DNA from: Candidatus Onthousia faecavium
GTDB taxonomy: Bacteria > Bacillota_I > Bacilli_A > RF39 > UBA660
Assembly: GCA_018711135.1 (NCBI GenBank)
Contig: DVIS01000046.1
Span: forward strand, 1 to 59,895
DNA length: 59,895 nt
Reading direction: 5' to 3'
How positions within the stretch are numbered: position 1 is the first letter of the stretch; the number at the start of each line of letters is the position of its first letter. A program made the position numbers and the translations under genes. The notes below the pieces were generated by a model. It searched no databases. It was not told the origin of the DNA and worked only from the letters and a program-made list of their open reading frames with translations. Shown here piece after piece: positions 16,142 to 26,176 of this stretch.

Positions 16142-17353
16142 CTTTAATTTAGAGGCAGCATTTAAAACAGCAAGTTTACCGTAACAATAAGTAAGTGACC
16201 CCTGTTGATAAGCAATAAATGGTGGTCTAATTGGACCATCACATGAAAGTTCAATGGATGAACCTTGAGTAAATGAACCACTGGCCATAATAACTTTATC
16301 AAGGTAGCCTGGCATAGGACTAGGTATTGGCGTAAAAGCTGAATCAATCGGTGATGAATTTTGAATAGCCCCCACATATTTAACTAAATCACTTTCATTA
16401 CCAAAAATAATATTTTGAACAATATCAGCACGTTCTTCATTATATTTAGGTTCTACTTGATAACCTAAATCTTCTAATAAAGCAGCAGTAAATATCGCTG
16501 TTTTTAAAGCTGAAGCAACAACAGATGGAGCAAGAAATAAACCTTGTAATATTTCTTTATTAGCATTAAGACTAGGTCCAACCTCTTTACCCTCACCAGG
16601 TAAAGTAAGCCGTTCTGCACAAAGATTAATTAAATCTTTTCGCCCAACTATATAAGCACCATTAGAAGCAATACCACCACCTAAGTTTTTGATTAAGGAA
16701 CCAACGGCAATATCTGCTCCTACCTCAATTGGCTCTTTAGTATTAACAAATTCACAATAACAGTTATCAACCATAATAATAGTCAAAGGTGCAATTTCCT
16801 TAATAAATTTGATAACTTTCGCAACTTTCTCAATAGTTAAACTTTTTCTTGTTGAATAACCTTTACTACGTTGAATTTCAATAACTTTAATTTTTTTAGT
16901 TGTTAAAAGCACTTTAATTTTTTCATAATCAAAGTCATTATCAATTAAGTCTATTTGTTCATAAGAAATATGATAACTTGCTAAAGAAGAAGGATTAGGA
17001 ATAATACCAATTACCTCATCTAAAGTATCATAAGGTTTACCCGTAATACTAAGTAAAGTATCATTAGGTCTTAAAAGGGCAAATAAAGCTACTGTTAAAG
17101 CATGACTACCAGAAATAAATTGATTTCTAACAAGAGCATCTTCAGCTTTAAAGATATCAGCATAAATCCTTTCTATTTTATCTCTACCATTATCGTTATA
17201 ACCATAACCAGTAGTAGCATGAAAATCTTGTTCTGACACCTCATTTTTTATAAAAGCACTTAAAACTTTAGTACTTATTTCTTTTTCTAAATCATCTATT
17301 TTCTCAAGTTGATCTTTTATTTTTTGATCAATTTTTGTTTCTAATTCTATCAT
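16136..17353 (-). CDS. Methionine gamma-lyase family / aluminium-resistance (YnbB-like) PLP enzyme
   Basis: 'TGYGYND.GRD..E..YA..F.AE.ALVR.Q..SG.HA', 'GSLIKNLGGG', 'MASGSF.QG.SIELS.DGP'. Confidence 0.9.
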   Translation of the reverse strand: MIELETKIDQKIKDQLEKIDDLEKEISTKVLSAFIKNEVSEQDFHATTGYGYNDNGRDKIERIYADIFKAEDALVRNQFISGSHALTVALFALLRPNDTLLSITGKPYDTLDEVIGIIPNPSSLASYHISYEQIDLIDNDFDYEKIKVLLTTKKIKVIEIQRSKGYSTRKSLTIEKVAKVIKFIKEIAPLTIIMVDNCYCEFVNTKEPIEVGADIAVGSLIKNLGGGIASNGAYIVGRKDLINLCAERLTLPGEGKEVGPSLNANKEILQGLFLAPSVVASALKTAIFTAALLEDLGYQVEPKYNEERADIVQNIIFGNESDLVKYVGAIQNSSPIDSAFTPIPSPMPGYLDKVIMASGSFTQGSSIELSCDGPIRPPFIAYQQGSLTYCYGKLAVLNAASKLKS

Positions 17354-18078
17354 CTTTTTATCCCTCCATCTATTCTAATCACACTATCATTTATATAACT
17401 TGCTTCCCTACTTGCTAAAAAGTAAATAAGGTTAGAAATCTCAACTGGTTCTGCAAAACGATTTAAGAGAATTTTGGCAGTTTCTTTAGCTTTAAAATCA
17501 GGACTCAAACCTTTATTCATTTCAGTATTGACCCAACCAGGTGCAATAGCATTAACTCTTAGATAAGGAGCAAAATAATTAGCTAGATTATGGGTTAAAG
17601 AAATAAGTCCTGCTTTAGCTGCATCATAGTCAATACTCTCTGGATAAGTAGTATCAAGACCATTAGTTGAAGATATATTAATGATGCTACCTTCCTTTCT
17701 ATCAAACATTTTAAGGCCTACTTTTCTTGCTAATAAATAAGGACCAACTAAATCAGTATCCAAAGTCATCAAAAAATCATGCTTCGTCTTTAAAGTAAAA
17801 TCTTGATCATTAGCAATTGCAGCATTATTAACTAAAACATCAAGAAAACCTTCTTTGTATATTTCTTCAACTAAATTATTGATATCTTCTTCCTTTGCTA
17901 AATCTAATTTATAGAAAGTTACATGAGTATTATATTTTGTTTCTAACTCTTTTTTTAGGTTAATAGCATTTTCTTGATCTTGATAATACGTGAAAATAAC
18001 ATCATATCCTAAACTAGCAAATTTAATAACGGTACTTTTACCAATTCCTTTAGTTCCTCCTGTAATTAAAACACGCAT
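17350..18078 (-). CDS. SDR-family oxidoreductase (FabG-like)
   Basis: 'TGGTKGIG', 'LVNNAA', 'YDAAKAG', 'RVNAIAPG'. Confidence 0.9.
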   Translation of the reverse strand: MRVLITGGTKGIGKSTVIKFASLGYDVIFTYYQDQENAINLKKELETKYNTHVTFYKLDLAKEEDINNLVEEIYKEGFLDVLVNNAAIANDQDFTLKTKHDFLMTLDTDLVGPYLLARKVGLKMFDRKEGSIINISSTNGLDTTYPESIDYDAAKAGLISLTHNLANYFAPYLRVNAIAPGWVNTEMNKGLSPDFKAKETAKILLNRFAEPVEISNLIYFLASREASYINDSVIRIDGGIKR

Positions 18079-18165
18079 TTTAACACTCCTTTTTTAAATT
18101 TCGTACTAATATTACCACAACACTTTAGTATTGACAAGAAAAAAAGTACTCTTAGTAAAGAATAC

Positions 18166-18906
18166 TTATGCCCCTATTATACCAAATAAGTATAAAAAGG
18201 AAATTATTATAGAAACTATTGTAATAACAATCGCTATTTTAGCTTTCCCACCCTTTTTAGTATCTAATCCTTGATAAGCTAAAATAAGGATAATTATATT
18301 AATAAGAAAACCAAAAGCATAACCGAAAATAGATACAACTAACCCTATTAAGGAAAACCAAAAACTAAATTCTGCCATCGTCTCTTGCTTTTTAGAAACT
18401 TGATTACTAAAGGTTTGAGAAAAATCTTGAGCATTATTACTTGTATTCATATTATAATAATTAGGAGTATATTGTGATGTACTAGAATTTAGCATCTTAT
18501 TTATATCAGTTTGATTAACACTACTATAACCAGTACTATTATTATTAAGACTGTTATTAGGTGTAATATTATCATGTAACTTACTTACCTCTTCAAATAA
18601 TTTTGCCAGTGATTTTTGATATTCCATTGCAATAATATCAAGTCCATTATGTTCAATTTGAGCATCTCCAAAAAGACTATGGAACCAAGCAGTTACTGTA
18701 AGTGTTTGTCCAGAAATATTATAACTAAAGTATTTAAAACCTTTAAGATTATTCCCTGACTCAAAATAACTTTCTCCATTCTTAGTTTCATAAATAAAAT
18801 TATTAGCATTTAAATAACTTTGTACTAATCTATCAACAAGACTAGCTTCACAATTAAATTGACAGCTATAAGAGCTTCTTCCTTTTTTCATATTAAATCC
18901 TTTCAC
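18166..18906 (-). CDS. Membrane protein with Asn/Ser-rich linker and C-terminal TM hairpin
   Basis: Soluble N-terminal domain, low-complexity middle, hydrophobic C-terminus. Confidence 0.7.
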   Translation of the reverse strand: MKGFNMKKGRSSYSCQFNCEASLVDRLVQSYLNANNFIYETKNGESYFESGNNLKGFKYFSYNISGQTLTVTAWFHSLFGDAQIEHNGLDIIAMEYQKSLAKLFEEVSKLHDNITPNNSLNNNSTGYSSVNQTDINKMLNSSTSQYTPNYYNMNTSNNAQDFSQTFSNQVSKKQETMAEFSFWFSLIGLVVSIFGYAFGFLINIIILILAYQGLDTKKGGKAKIAIVITIVSIIISFLYLFGIIGA

Positions 18907-19277
18907 TTATTATTTTTTTGACTTTCCTCATCTATTTGCACTTTCATTTCTTGTGCTTTCTGCCAACAATTCTTTATATCAAATTTATCTTCAGGAAGCC
19001 ATGAAATAACTAAATTTACAATTGATGGTAAAAAGAAAATAATTAGAGCAGCAGCTATTTTTATGATTATAGTTTTTAATATTCCTTTTTTATCAGGATT
19101 TGTAACCGCTCCAATAATAGTTAAAGCTAAACTTATAATTAAAATAATAGGCACAACTATACAAATGATAGTAAAGGCCGTTTGAAAAAGTGACAGTGTA
19201 TTTGCTAAAGCATAATCATCACAAGCATCAGCAACCGCTAAAATATACATATTTTTCACCTCACTTATTTTTTTCAC
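18903..19277 (-). CDS. Small two-TM protein (pilin/VirB2-like topology)
   Basis: Two TM helices joined by a short charged loop and flanking cysteines; family assignment tentative. Confidence 0.5.
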   Translation of the reverse strand: MKKISEVKNMYILAVADACDDYALANTLSLFQTAFTIICIVVPIILIISLALTIIGAVTNPDKKGILKTIIIKIAAALIIFFLPSIVNLVISWLPEDKFDIKNCWQKAQEMKVQIDEESQKNNK

Positions 19278-19866
19278 TAACAGCTATACCATCTCCAACC
19301 TCATAGATAGTAGTTGTATAATCTTCATTATTTTTTAAAAAAGTTATATAATCTTTAATCTTTCTTACAATCCCTCTTAAATTACGACTCGTTATTGTTT
19401 TTTCATCCTTTTTTACTAAGCCATGAAAATACATATTATCGGTAATGATATAACCTTCATCATTTAAATTACGTTCAAATAATTCAAAAAATTTAATATT
19501 TTGAGCCTTAGCAGCATCAATAAAAACTAAATCGACTTTATCATCAATTCTAACATTTAAAGCATCATTAAATATTAAAGTAATTCTATCTTCCAAATTG
19601 AATTTTTTTATATTTTTAAGAGCTTCTAAGTATCTTTTTTCATCCCGTTCTATACTTATTACTTTTAAATTAGGACTACATAAACACATCATAATAGCAG
19701 AATACCCAATCGCAGTTCCAATTTCTAAGACTGTTTTTATTTGATGTTTAATAATAAATGTTGTTAAAAAGTCAATACCTTCATTCTGCATAATAGGTAT
19801 TTTATTTAAGGATGCATATTCTCTTATTTCTTTAATCAGCATATAATTACTACTTACCATATCCAA
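19261..19866 (-). CDS. O-methyltransferase (YrrM/TrmR-like)
   Basis: 'VLEIGTAIGYSA', 'DLVFIDAAKAQ', 'ITDN'; conserved synteny with mltG. Confidence 0.88.
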   Translation of the reverse strand: MDMVSSNYMLIKEIREYASLNKIPIMQNEGIDFLTTFIIKHQIKTVLEIGTAIGYSAIMMCLCSPNLKVISIERDEKRYLEALKNIKKFNLEDRITLIFNDALNVRIDDKVDLVFIDAAKAQNIKFFELFERNLNDEGYIITDNMYFHGLVKKDEKTITSRNLRGIVRKIKDYITFLKNNEDYTTTIYEVGDGIAVSEKNK

Positions 19867-20918
19867 TCACCATTTTCTTTTAACTCTTGCACTTTCGCTT
19901 CATGTTCAGCCATATTCTTTGTAAAGTAAACTTTTCTATTTTTGTCAGCAACAAAGTATAGATAATCACTTTTCGCAGGCTCTAAGGCCGCAATAATAGC
20001 AGAAATAGAGGGATTACAGATAGGACCAACAGGAAGACGTCCAGCCATTTCGCTACTTCTTGTATTATATGGATTGTAGGTATTAAACATTTCTGAGGTT
20101 AAATCTCGATCCATCTCTTCATTAAAGGCATAGTAAGTAGTAACATCACTACCTAGATTCATCCCTAAAGCAAGACGATTATTAAAAACACTAACAATTA
20201 ATTTTCGATCCTCGTCTGTTACACCTTCAAGTTCAGCCATAGAAGCTAAGGTTATAATATCATGAATATTATTACTTTCTAAAATCTCTTTATATGAAGC
20301 TAATTTCTTCCCCTCTTCATCAAGTAATTTTCTAACAATAGTATCAACAGTTAAATTACTCTTTTGAAACTGATATGTATCAGGAGCTAAATAACCTTCT
20401 AAAGAATAATAGATATCCGGATTTAAAATATCTTCAGTTAAAAACCAATAATCATTAATAAGAGTTGTTAAATAAGCCTCATCATTAACTGTTGTTAAAA
20501 AATCACTAGCAGAAATATTAGTATTCTCTTCAATCATAGTAGCATAGTCTTTAATAGTTTCTCCTTCTTTAAAAGTAAGATTAATAACATCACTATTATC
20601 AATAGTACCACCAACTAAAATATTTACTATTTCATCTAAACTCATATTCTTAGAAAGATTATAAGTTGCAGCTTTTAAATTGCCAACATTATTAAGTTTT
20701 AGATATACTTTAAAGAAAAAATCACTTCTAATTAAATTTTTATCTTTTAAAGTCTTAGCTATATTAGAGGTACTCATCCCACTAGGAATAACAACCTCAA
20801 TTAAAGCATCACTACTGTTATCAACAGGCATTACATTATATTGATAATATCCAAACAACCCAATTAAAATTAAACCTAAAAATCCAATAATCAGGGACAA
20901 TAAACGCATCTTTTTCAT
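19854..20918 (-). CDS. mltG: Endolytic transglycosylase MltG
   Basis: 'LEGYLAPDTY', 'TLASMAELEG', 'VFNNRL..GM.L.SD.T', 'YNPYNT...LP.GPICNPS'. Confidence 0.95.
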   Translation of the reverse strand: MKKMRLLSLIIGFLGLILIGLFGYYQYNVMPVDNSSDALIEVVIPSGMSTSNIAKTLKDKNLIRSDFFFKVYLKLNNVGNLKAATYNLSKNMSLDEIVNILVGGTIDNSDVINLTFKEGETIKDYATMIEENTNISASDFLTTVNDEAYLTTLINDYWFLTEDILNPDIYYSLEGYLAPDTYQFQKSNLTVDTIVRKLLDEEGKKLASYKEILESNNIHDIITLASMAELEGVTDEDRKLIVSVFNNRLALGMNLGSDVTTYYAFNEEMDRDLTSEMFNTYNPYNTRSSEMAGRLPVGPICNPSISAIIAALEPAKSDYLYFVADKNRKVYFTKNMAEHEAKVQELKENGDWIW

Positions 20919-20935
20919 ACTGCCACCCCTACCCT

Positions 20936-21229
20936 TTATTCTTCATTACTTGTTTCTGTTTGTTTTCTAACCTCTTCTTGGATAGTTTCCAAAATTTTAT
21001 CAATTATTTGCCATTCTCTTTCTGTTTCAACAGGATCTAGTTTATTATTATCACTTTCAGGATAATAAACACTAGCATAAACTTGAACATTACCAGCATC
21101 ATCAAAGGTATTATCAGTATACACGACATAACTTTTATTTGTTTCTTCATTATCAAAGGTAAATAAAACATCATAAGTTGTTTCTTGTCCATATTCATCT
21201 TTTAATTTAAATTTATCTTTTAATTCCAT
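20936..21229 (-). CDS. DUF1292 (YrzB-like) protein
   Basis: Acidic; 'L.DE.G.E..Y.VLFTFD..E..KSY' and 'ETE.EW'; synteny. Confidence 0.85.
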   Translation of the reverse strand: MELKDKFKLKDEYGQETTYDVLFTFDNEETNKSYVVYTDNTFDDAGNVQVYASVYYPESDNNKLDPVETEREWQIIDKILETIQEEVRKQTETSNEE

Positions 21230-21646
21230 TTACTTTCTCCTTTTATCTAAAAATGATTGTAATATAATTGTAGCAGCTATTTTATCTATCACTTGTTTTC
21301 TTTTTTTCCTACTTGTATTAGCACTAATTAACACATCTTCAGCACTCTTAGTTGTTAAACGTTCATCTTCTAAATATATAGGAAGATCAACTTTAGATTC
21401 TAATATTTTTTTAAAATCAAGAGTTGCTAAAGCTCTAGCTCCTAAAGTATTGTCCATATTCTTAGGCAATCCTAAAACTAAGGCTTCAACGTTTTGATCT
21501 TTAATTATAGCAAATAACTCATCAAGACATGACAAAGGATTATTATCATGATGTAGCACTTTTAAAGAACTAGCAATTAAACCAGTTTTATCACTAACAG
21601 CAAGCCCAATCGTCTTTGTACCTAAATCCAAACCCAAATAACGCAT
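21230..21646 (-). CDS. ruvX: YqgF/RuvX-family nuclease
   Basis: 'LGLDLGTKTIGLAVSD', 'VLGLPKNM', 'DERLTT', 'DKIAA..ILQ'. Confidence 0.95.
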   Translation of the reverse strand: MRYLGLDLGTKTIGLAVSDKTGLIASSLKVLHHDNNPLSCLDELFAIIKDQNVEALVLGLPKNMDNTLGARALATLDFKKILESKVDLPIYLEDERLTTKSAEDVLISANTSRKKRKQVIDKIAATIILQSFLDKRRK

Positions 21647-21891
21647 TATTTATTTAACATACTAGTAAGAAGGACCTCAATAATCTTACTTCTATCAATA
21701 GTTTTAATTTTGCTTCTAGCATCTTGATAACTGGAAATATAACCTAAATCGCCACTAATTAAATAGCCAACTATTTGATCAATAGGATTATAACCACGTT
21801 CTTTTAAAGAATTATAAACCTCAAGTAATGTTTTATGAACTTTAGCTTGATCATTGCTTACTAGTCTAAATAACCTTGTCTTATCATCCAT
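21646..21891 (-). CDS. IreB/DUF965 family regulatory phosphoprotein
   Basis: 'VYNSLKERGYNPIDQIVGYLISGDLGYI'. Confidence 0.9.
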   Translation of the reverse strand: MDDKTRLFRLVSNDQAKVHKTLLEVYNSLKERGYNPIDQIVGYLISGDLGYISSYQDARSKIKTIDRSKIIEVLLTSMLNK

Positions 21892-21978
21892 ATTATCACC
21901 TCACTACAATTACTAACATAAGTTTAGCATTTTTTTTTAATAAGTTCAAGTAGCAGAAAGCAATAACATTAAGGACTT

Positions 21979-23118
21979 TTAAAACAAAACTCTTTCTGAT
22001 TTATATTGTTTAATTATAACCACTAAAACTAAACTAATAATCACAATTGTTGATAAAACCATTAATAAAATATTAATGATATCTATATTTCCAATAACAA
22101 TATCTTGGAATACAAGCGTAAAATTCAAAAATGGTATTAACGATAAAAGTGGTGAAGAACTAACTCCTGCCATAAAAGCAATCATACCAGGAAAAAAAGA
22201 AATAAATGTTAACGGAGTTAAAGCACTTTGAGCTTCTTTAAAAGTTTTAGATTTACTAGCAATCGCAATACATAAACCACTTATTAATAAAGAATAAGCA
22301 ATAATTACTAAAATTGAAAAAATTAGGCTACTAGAAGATAACATTAACCTAGTATCTTTATATATTTCAAAACTACTATTAGCATAAACTAAAGAAATAA
22401 GCATTAAAATTAAACTAATAATCCCCGTAATAATTGATGATAAGGAAACACTTAGAAATTTACCAATAATTATATCTTTACTCTTAATAGGAAAAGTAAG
22501 TAAAGTTTCAAGAGTGCCACGCTCTTTTTCCCCTGCAGTAGTATCAGTTGCAGGATAAGTTGCTGATATTGTAATAGCCATAATTATAAATAAGAAACCA
22601 TAGTTTACAATGTAATTACCATAAAAATTTTCTGTTTCTTTTAAATTTTTATTAACTGTTATAATATCAGTAACAGCACTAGGATCTATATTATTAGTAA
22701 CTAAATAATTAGTTTGCATCGCTTCTTTATAAGTAGCAAAATAAGTATCCATTAAACTTGTAGCATAAGTACTATTCTCATTATCTTCACCATTAATTGT
22801 ATAAGTAGTGTCTTCTTTAGTGATATATAAATCAATTTCTCCATTAGCATACATACTCTCTAACTCTTCAGTAGTTCCACTGGTAATTTCAATATCTAAG
22901 TTACTAGCAATATCTTGTTCCATAGTACTTAACTCATAATTAAAACCGATTTTATTATAATCAGTTATTGGTTTATTAATTTCTGATTCAAATAAAGCTG
23001 ACATTCCTATCACTAAAGCAGGTATCAAGATTGGAATAATTAACATCATAGCAAGAGACTTCTTATCACGAAACATCTCTCTTAATTCTTTCTTTAAAAT
23101 ATTACCTAAATTACTCAT
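21979..23118 (-). CDS. ABC-2 type permease (NatB-like Na+ efflux)
   Basis: 'ILKKELREMFRDKKS', 'AGEKERGTLETLLT.P'; multiple TM segments. Confidence 0.85.
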   Translation of the reverse strand: MSNLGNILKKELREMFRDKKSLAMMLIIPILIPALVIGMSALFESEINKPITDYNKIGFNYELSTMEQDIASNLDIEITSGTTEELESMYANGEIDLYITKEDTTYTINGEDNENSTYATSLMDTYFATYKEAMQTNYLVTNNIDPSAVTDIITVNKNLKETENFYGNYIVNYGFLFIIMAITISATYPATDTTAGEKERGTLETLLTFPIKSKDIIIGKFLSVSLSSIITGIISLILMLISLVYANSSFEIYKDTRLMLSSSSLIFSILVIIAYSLLISGLCIAIASKSKTFKEAQSALTPLTFISFFPGMIAFMAGVSSSPLLSLIPFLNFTLVFQDIVIGNIDIINILLMVLSTIVIISLVLVVIIKQYKSERVLF

Positions 23119-23866
23119 TAGTTCTACCTCCTATTAAAGTAAAGAAAGCATCTCTTAGATTAGTTGTTTTAGTAGATTTCTTAATATCAATAGGAGTACC
23201 TTCTTTAATAACTTTACCTTTATTAATCATAATAACATAATCACAGATATTTTCTGCTTCCTCCATATAATGAGTAGAATATAAAATTATCTTACCACGT
23301 TTCTTTTCTTCTTTAATAAAGTCTAAAATAATCTGACTAGAAATAATATCAAGGCCACTAGTCGCTTCATCTAAAATATAGTATTTAGGATCATGAACTA
23401 AGCATCTTGCAATATTAACTCTTTGGGTTTGACCTGTAGATAAGTTTTCAATCCTATTATAAAGAAAGCTATCCATGTTTAATTTTTTAGATATTTCTTT
23501 TATCCTAGTTTCTAATTTACTACCATCTACTCCATAAATATTGCCACACATTTTTAATAGTTCATATGGTGATAATGTATTATAAAGTTTGGTATTACCA
23601 GATAAATAGGCAATATTTTTCTTGATTTCGATCTCATTATGAAGGTAATCTAACTTTCCAAAAGAAATTGTCCCACTAGTAGGAACAAGAATACCTGCAA
23701 TCATTCTAAGCAAAGTTGTTTTCCCGGCTCCATTTGGTCCTAATATGCCAATGATTTCTCCATCTTTTGCTTTAAAACTAATACCATCATCAGCATAGAA
23801 CTCTTCTTTTTTATGTTTATCATTATATTTGACAAACTTTTTCTTTAAGTCTTTAATTTCTAGCAT
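23111..23866 (-). CDS. ABC transporter ATP-binding protein (NatA-like)
   Basis: Walker A GPNGAGKTT, signature 'LSTGQ', 'ILDEATSGLD', 'STHYMEEAE'. Confidence 0.9.
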   Translation of the reverse strand: MLEIKDLKKKFVKYNDKHKKEEFYADDGISFKAKDGEIIGILGPNGAGKTTLLRMIAGILVPTSGTISFGKLDYLHNEIEIKKNIAYLSGNTKLYNTLSPYELLKMCGNIYGVDGSKLETRIKEISKKLNMDSFLYNRIENLSTGQTQRVNIARCLVHDPKYYILDEATSGLDIISSQIILDFIKEEKKRGKIILYSTHYMEEAENICDYVIMINKGKVIKEGTPIDIKKSTKTTNLRDAFFTLIGGRTNE

Positions 23867-24072
23867 AATTCACCTCTTCCAGGCAAAATTATAGCATAGC
23901 TGTTACAACGAGGGCAATATAAAAAGAAGAACTTTTTGTCTTCTGTTTTTTCTATAAAATGTTATTTGTTCGATTATTTTGTTTTAATATATATGCTACA
24001 TTATTAACGTAATATCTAGTTGTTTAGGTACTATCCCCTTAAACTTATAATTTTATACTGTTGAAAGGGAAA

Positions 24073-24171
24073 ATGGATATGAGAAAAATAGAAAAATTTC
24101 TTTGTTTAATCACTATCCTTCTTATTATTTTGAATTATTTCATTATAATTAAATTAGTACCTAACAAGTGA
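24073..24171 (+). CDS. Small hydrophobic peptide, candidate type I toxin (locus B)
   Basis: MDMRKIEKFLCLITILLIILNYFIIIKLVPNK*; SD-like GAAAGGGA; own promoter; not in the ORF track. Confidence 0.55.
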   Translation: MDMRKIEKFLCLITILLIILNYFIIIKLVPNK

Positions 24172-24249
24172 AAACTAGGTATTCCCTTTTTTATTGTATG
24201 TAAATTTTCTTTACATATACATAGTACCATAAGTATATGACATATTCAA
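24160..24249 (-). ncRNA. Candidate antisense antitoxin RNA and its promoter (locus B)
   Basis: Minus-strand TTGAAT(24244-24249)-N17-TACTAT(24221-24226) with extended TG, downstream of the ABC operon terminator and pointing into the peptide gene. The 3' end is uncertain. Confidence 0.4.
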
Positions 24250-24276
24250 ATACCGATTATGCCCAATTATATATAG

Positions 24277-24322
24277 AAAAAGATAGGACTTATTATCACC
24301 TTAATAATCTCCTATCTTTTTT
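24277..24322 (-). terminator. Intrinsic terminator of the TetR-ABC-ABC operon
   Basis: AAAAAGATAGGA / TCCTATCTTTTT inverted repeat with an additional inner stem. Confidence 0.7.
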
Positions 24323-24346
24323 CTTAAAAATCTTTAATTATTCAGC

Positions 24347-26176
24347 TTAAGCTTCGGCTACACTTTCAAATTGTGAATTATAAAGTTCGGCATAGAAACC
24401 ATTTTTCTCTAATAATTCATCATGTGTTCCTTGCTCTACTATATCTCCATCTTTCATAACTAAAATTAAATTAGCATTTTTAATGGTAGAAAGACGGTGA
24501 GCTATAACGAAACTAGTTCTACCCTCCATTAAATGATCCATTGCTTGTTGAATTAAAGTTTCCATTCTGGTATCTACACTACTTGTAGCTTCATCAAGAA
24601 TTAAAATCTTTGGATCTTTTAATATTACTCTAGCAATCGTTAAAAGTTGTTTTTGTCCAGCGGAAACGTTATCACTTTCTTCATTTAAAACCATATCGTA
24701 ACCATCTGGTAGAGTTCTAATAAAGTGATCAACATGACTGGCAATAGCGGCATCATATACAGCTTCATCGCTTGCATTTAAATCACCATAGCGAATATTT
24801 TCTTTAATTGTATCACTATAAAGCCAAGTATCTTGTAAAACCATACCAAATAAACTACGCAAATCATTACGTTTCATATCTCTTATGTCAACACCATCTA
24901 TTTTGATAGAACCACTATTAACATCATAAAAGCGCATTAATAGTTTAACAATTGTTGTTTTACCAGCACCAGTTGGTCCAACAATAGCAATCTTTTGTCC
25001 TTTCTTCATAATAGCGTTAAAGTCGTTAATGATAATTTTATTTTTATTATAACCAAATTTAACATCTTCAAAAGTAACAGTATTACCCATTTTTTCTAAG
25101 TCATAATTAACATCAGTTATATCAGGAATTTCTTCTTTTTCTTCTAAAAATTCAAAGACACGTTCACTTGAAGCCACCATAGATTGAATCATATTACCAA
25201 CTTGAGCAATTTGAGCTAAAGGGTTCATAAAATTTCTAATATATTGAGTAAATGATAAAATGTCTCCAACCTCAATTCTATTTTTAATAACCAAGTATCC
25301 TCCTAAAATAGAGATTAAAACATAACCAATATTACCAATAAAATTCATAATTGGATGCATCATACCTGAGAAAAATTGCGCTTTCCAAGCCGAATTATAA
25401 AGTTGTTCATTAGTCTTACTAAAATCTTCAATAGTTTTCTTTTCACCATTAAATAGTTTAACAACTGTATGTCCTGAATAAATCTCTTCAATCGTACCAT
25501 TAATTTCCCCTAGATAATTTTGTTGATCTAAGAAATATTTTTGAGAGTGTTTCATAATAAAGCTCATCATAAATAAAGCGATTGGAACAATAACTAAGGT
25601 TACTAATGTCATTAAAGGACTAATTGTTAACATCATAACAACAACACCAATTAAAGTTGTAACTGATGTTAGGATTTGCGAAATTGATTGATCTAAACTT
25701 TGAGATAAAGTATCAACATCGTTTGTAACTCTTGAAAGTATTTCTCCTGTAGTTTTACTTTCAAAATATGATAGAGGTAATTTATGCATTTTATGAGATA
25801 TCTCTTCCCTCAAATTAAAAGTTACCTTTTGATTTACTCCACTCATAATAAAAGCTTGGATATATGAGAAAAGTGAGCTAATAATGTATAGGCCTAATAA
25901 GGTTAATAAAATACCTGCTATTTTACCAAAGTTGATTCCAGCGGTTGTTCCCATTACTTTTCCCACTAGGCCATTAAAAATTTCTGTTGTAGCTTGACCT
26001 AAGATTTTAGGACCAATAATAGAGAAGATAGCACTACCTATAGCAAAGATAATAACTAAAATTAAACTAACTTTATAGGTAGATAAATACTTAATTAATT
26101 TCTTTAACGTTCCTTTAAAGTCTTTAGCTTTAGAGGTAGAGCCCATTAAAGGTCCATGATTATTTCTACTAGGCAT
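24347..26176 (-). CDS. Heterodimeric multidrug-type ABC exporter, subunit 2
   Basis: TMD plus NBD; GPTGAGKTT, 'VSAGQKQLL', 'ILDEATSSVD'. Confidence 0.92.
   Translation of the reverse strand: MPSRNNHGPLMGSTSKAKDFKGTLKKLIKYLSTYKVSLILVIIFAIGSAIFSIIGPKILGQATTEIFNGLVGKVMGTTAGINFGKIAGILLTLLGLYIISSLFSYIQAFIMSGVNQKVTFNLREEISHKMHKLPLSYFESKTTGEILSRVTNDVDTLSQSLDQSISQILTSVTTLIGVVVMMLTISPLMTLVTLVIVPIALFMMSFIMKHSQKYFLDQQNYLGEINGTIEEIYSGHTVVKLFNGEKKTIEDFSKTNEQLYNSAWKAQFFSGMMHPIMNFIGNIGYVLISILGGYLVIKNRIEVGDILSFTQYIRNFMNPLAQIAQVGNMIQSMVASSERVFEFLEEKEEIPDITDVNYDLEKMGNTVTFEDVKFGYNKNKIIINDFNAIMKKGQKIAIVGPTGAGKTTIVKLLMRFYDVNSGSIKIDGVDIRDMKRNDLRSLFGMVLQDTWLYSDTIKENIRYGDLNASDEAVYDAAIASHVDHFIRTLPDGYDMVLNEESDNVSAGQKQLLTIARVILKDPKILILDEATSSVDTRMETLIQQAMDHLMEGRTSFVIAHRLSTIKNANLILVMKDGDIVEQGTHDELLEKNGFYAELYNSQFESVAEA

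Noticed and set aside
23954-23975. GTTCG motif considered as a LexA (Cheo) box or Spo0A box
   Set aside because: The left half-site CGAAC is absent in both copies and the sequence is not TGNCGAA; kept only as an unexplained shared motif.
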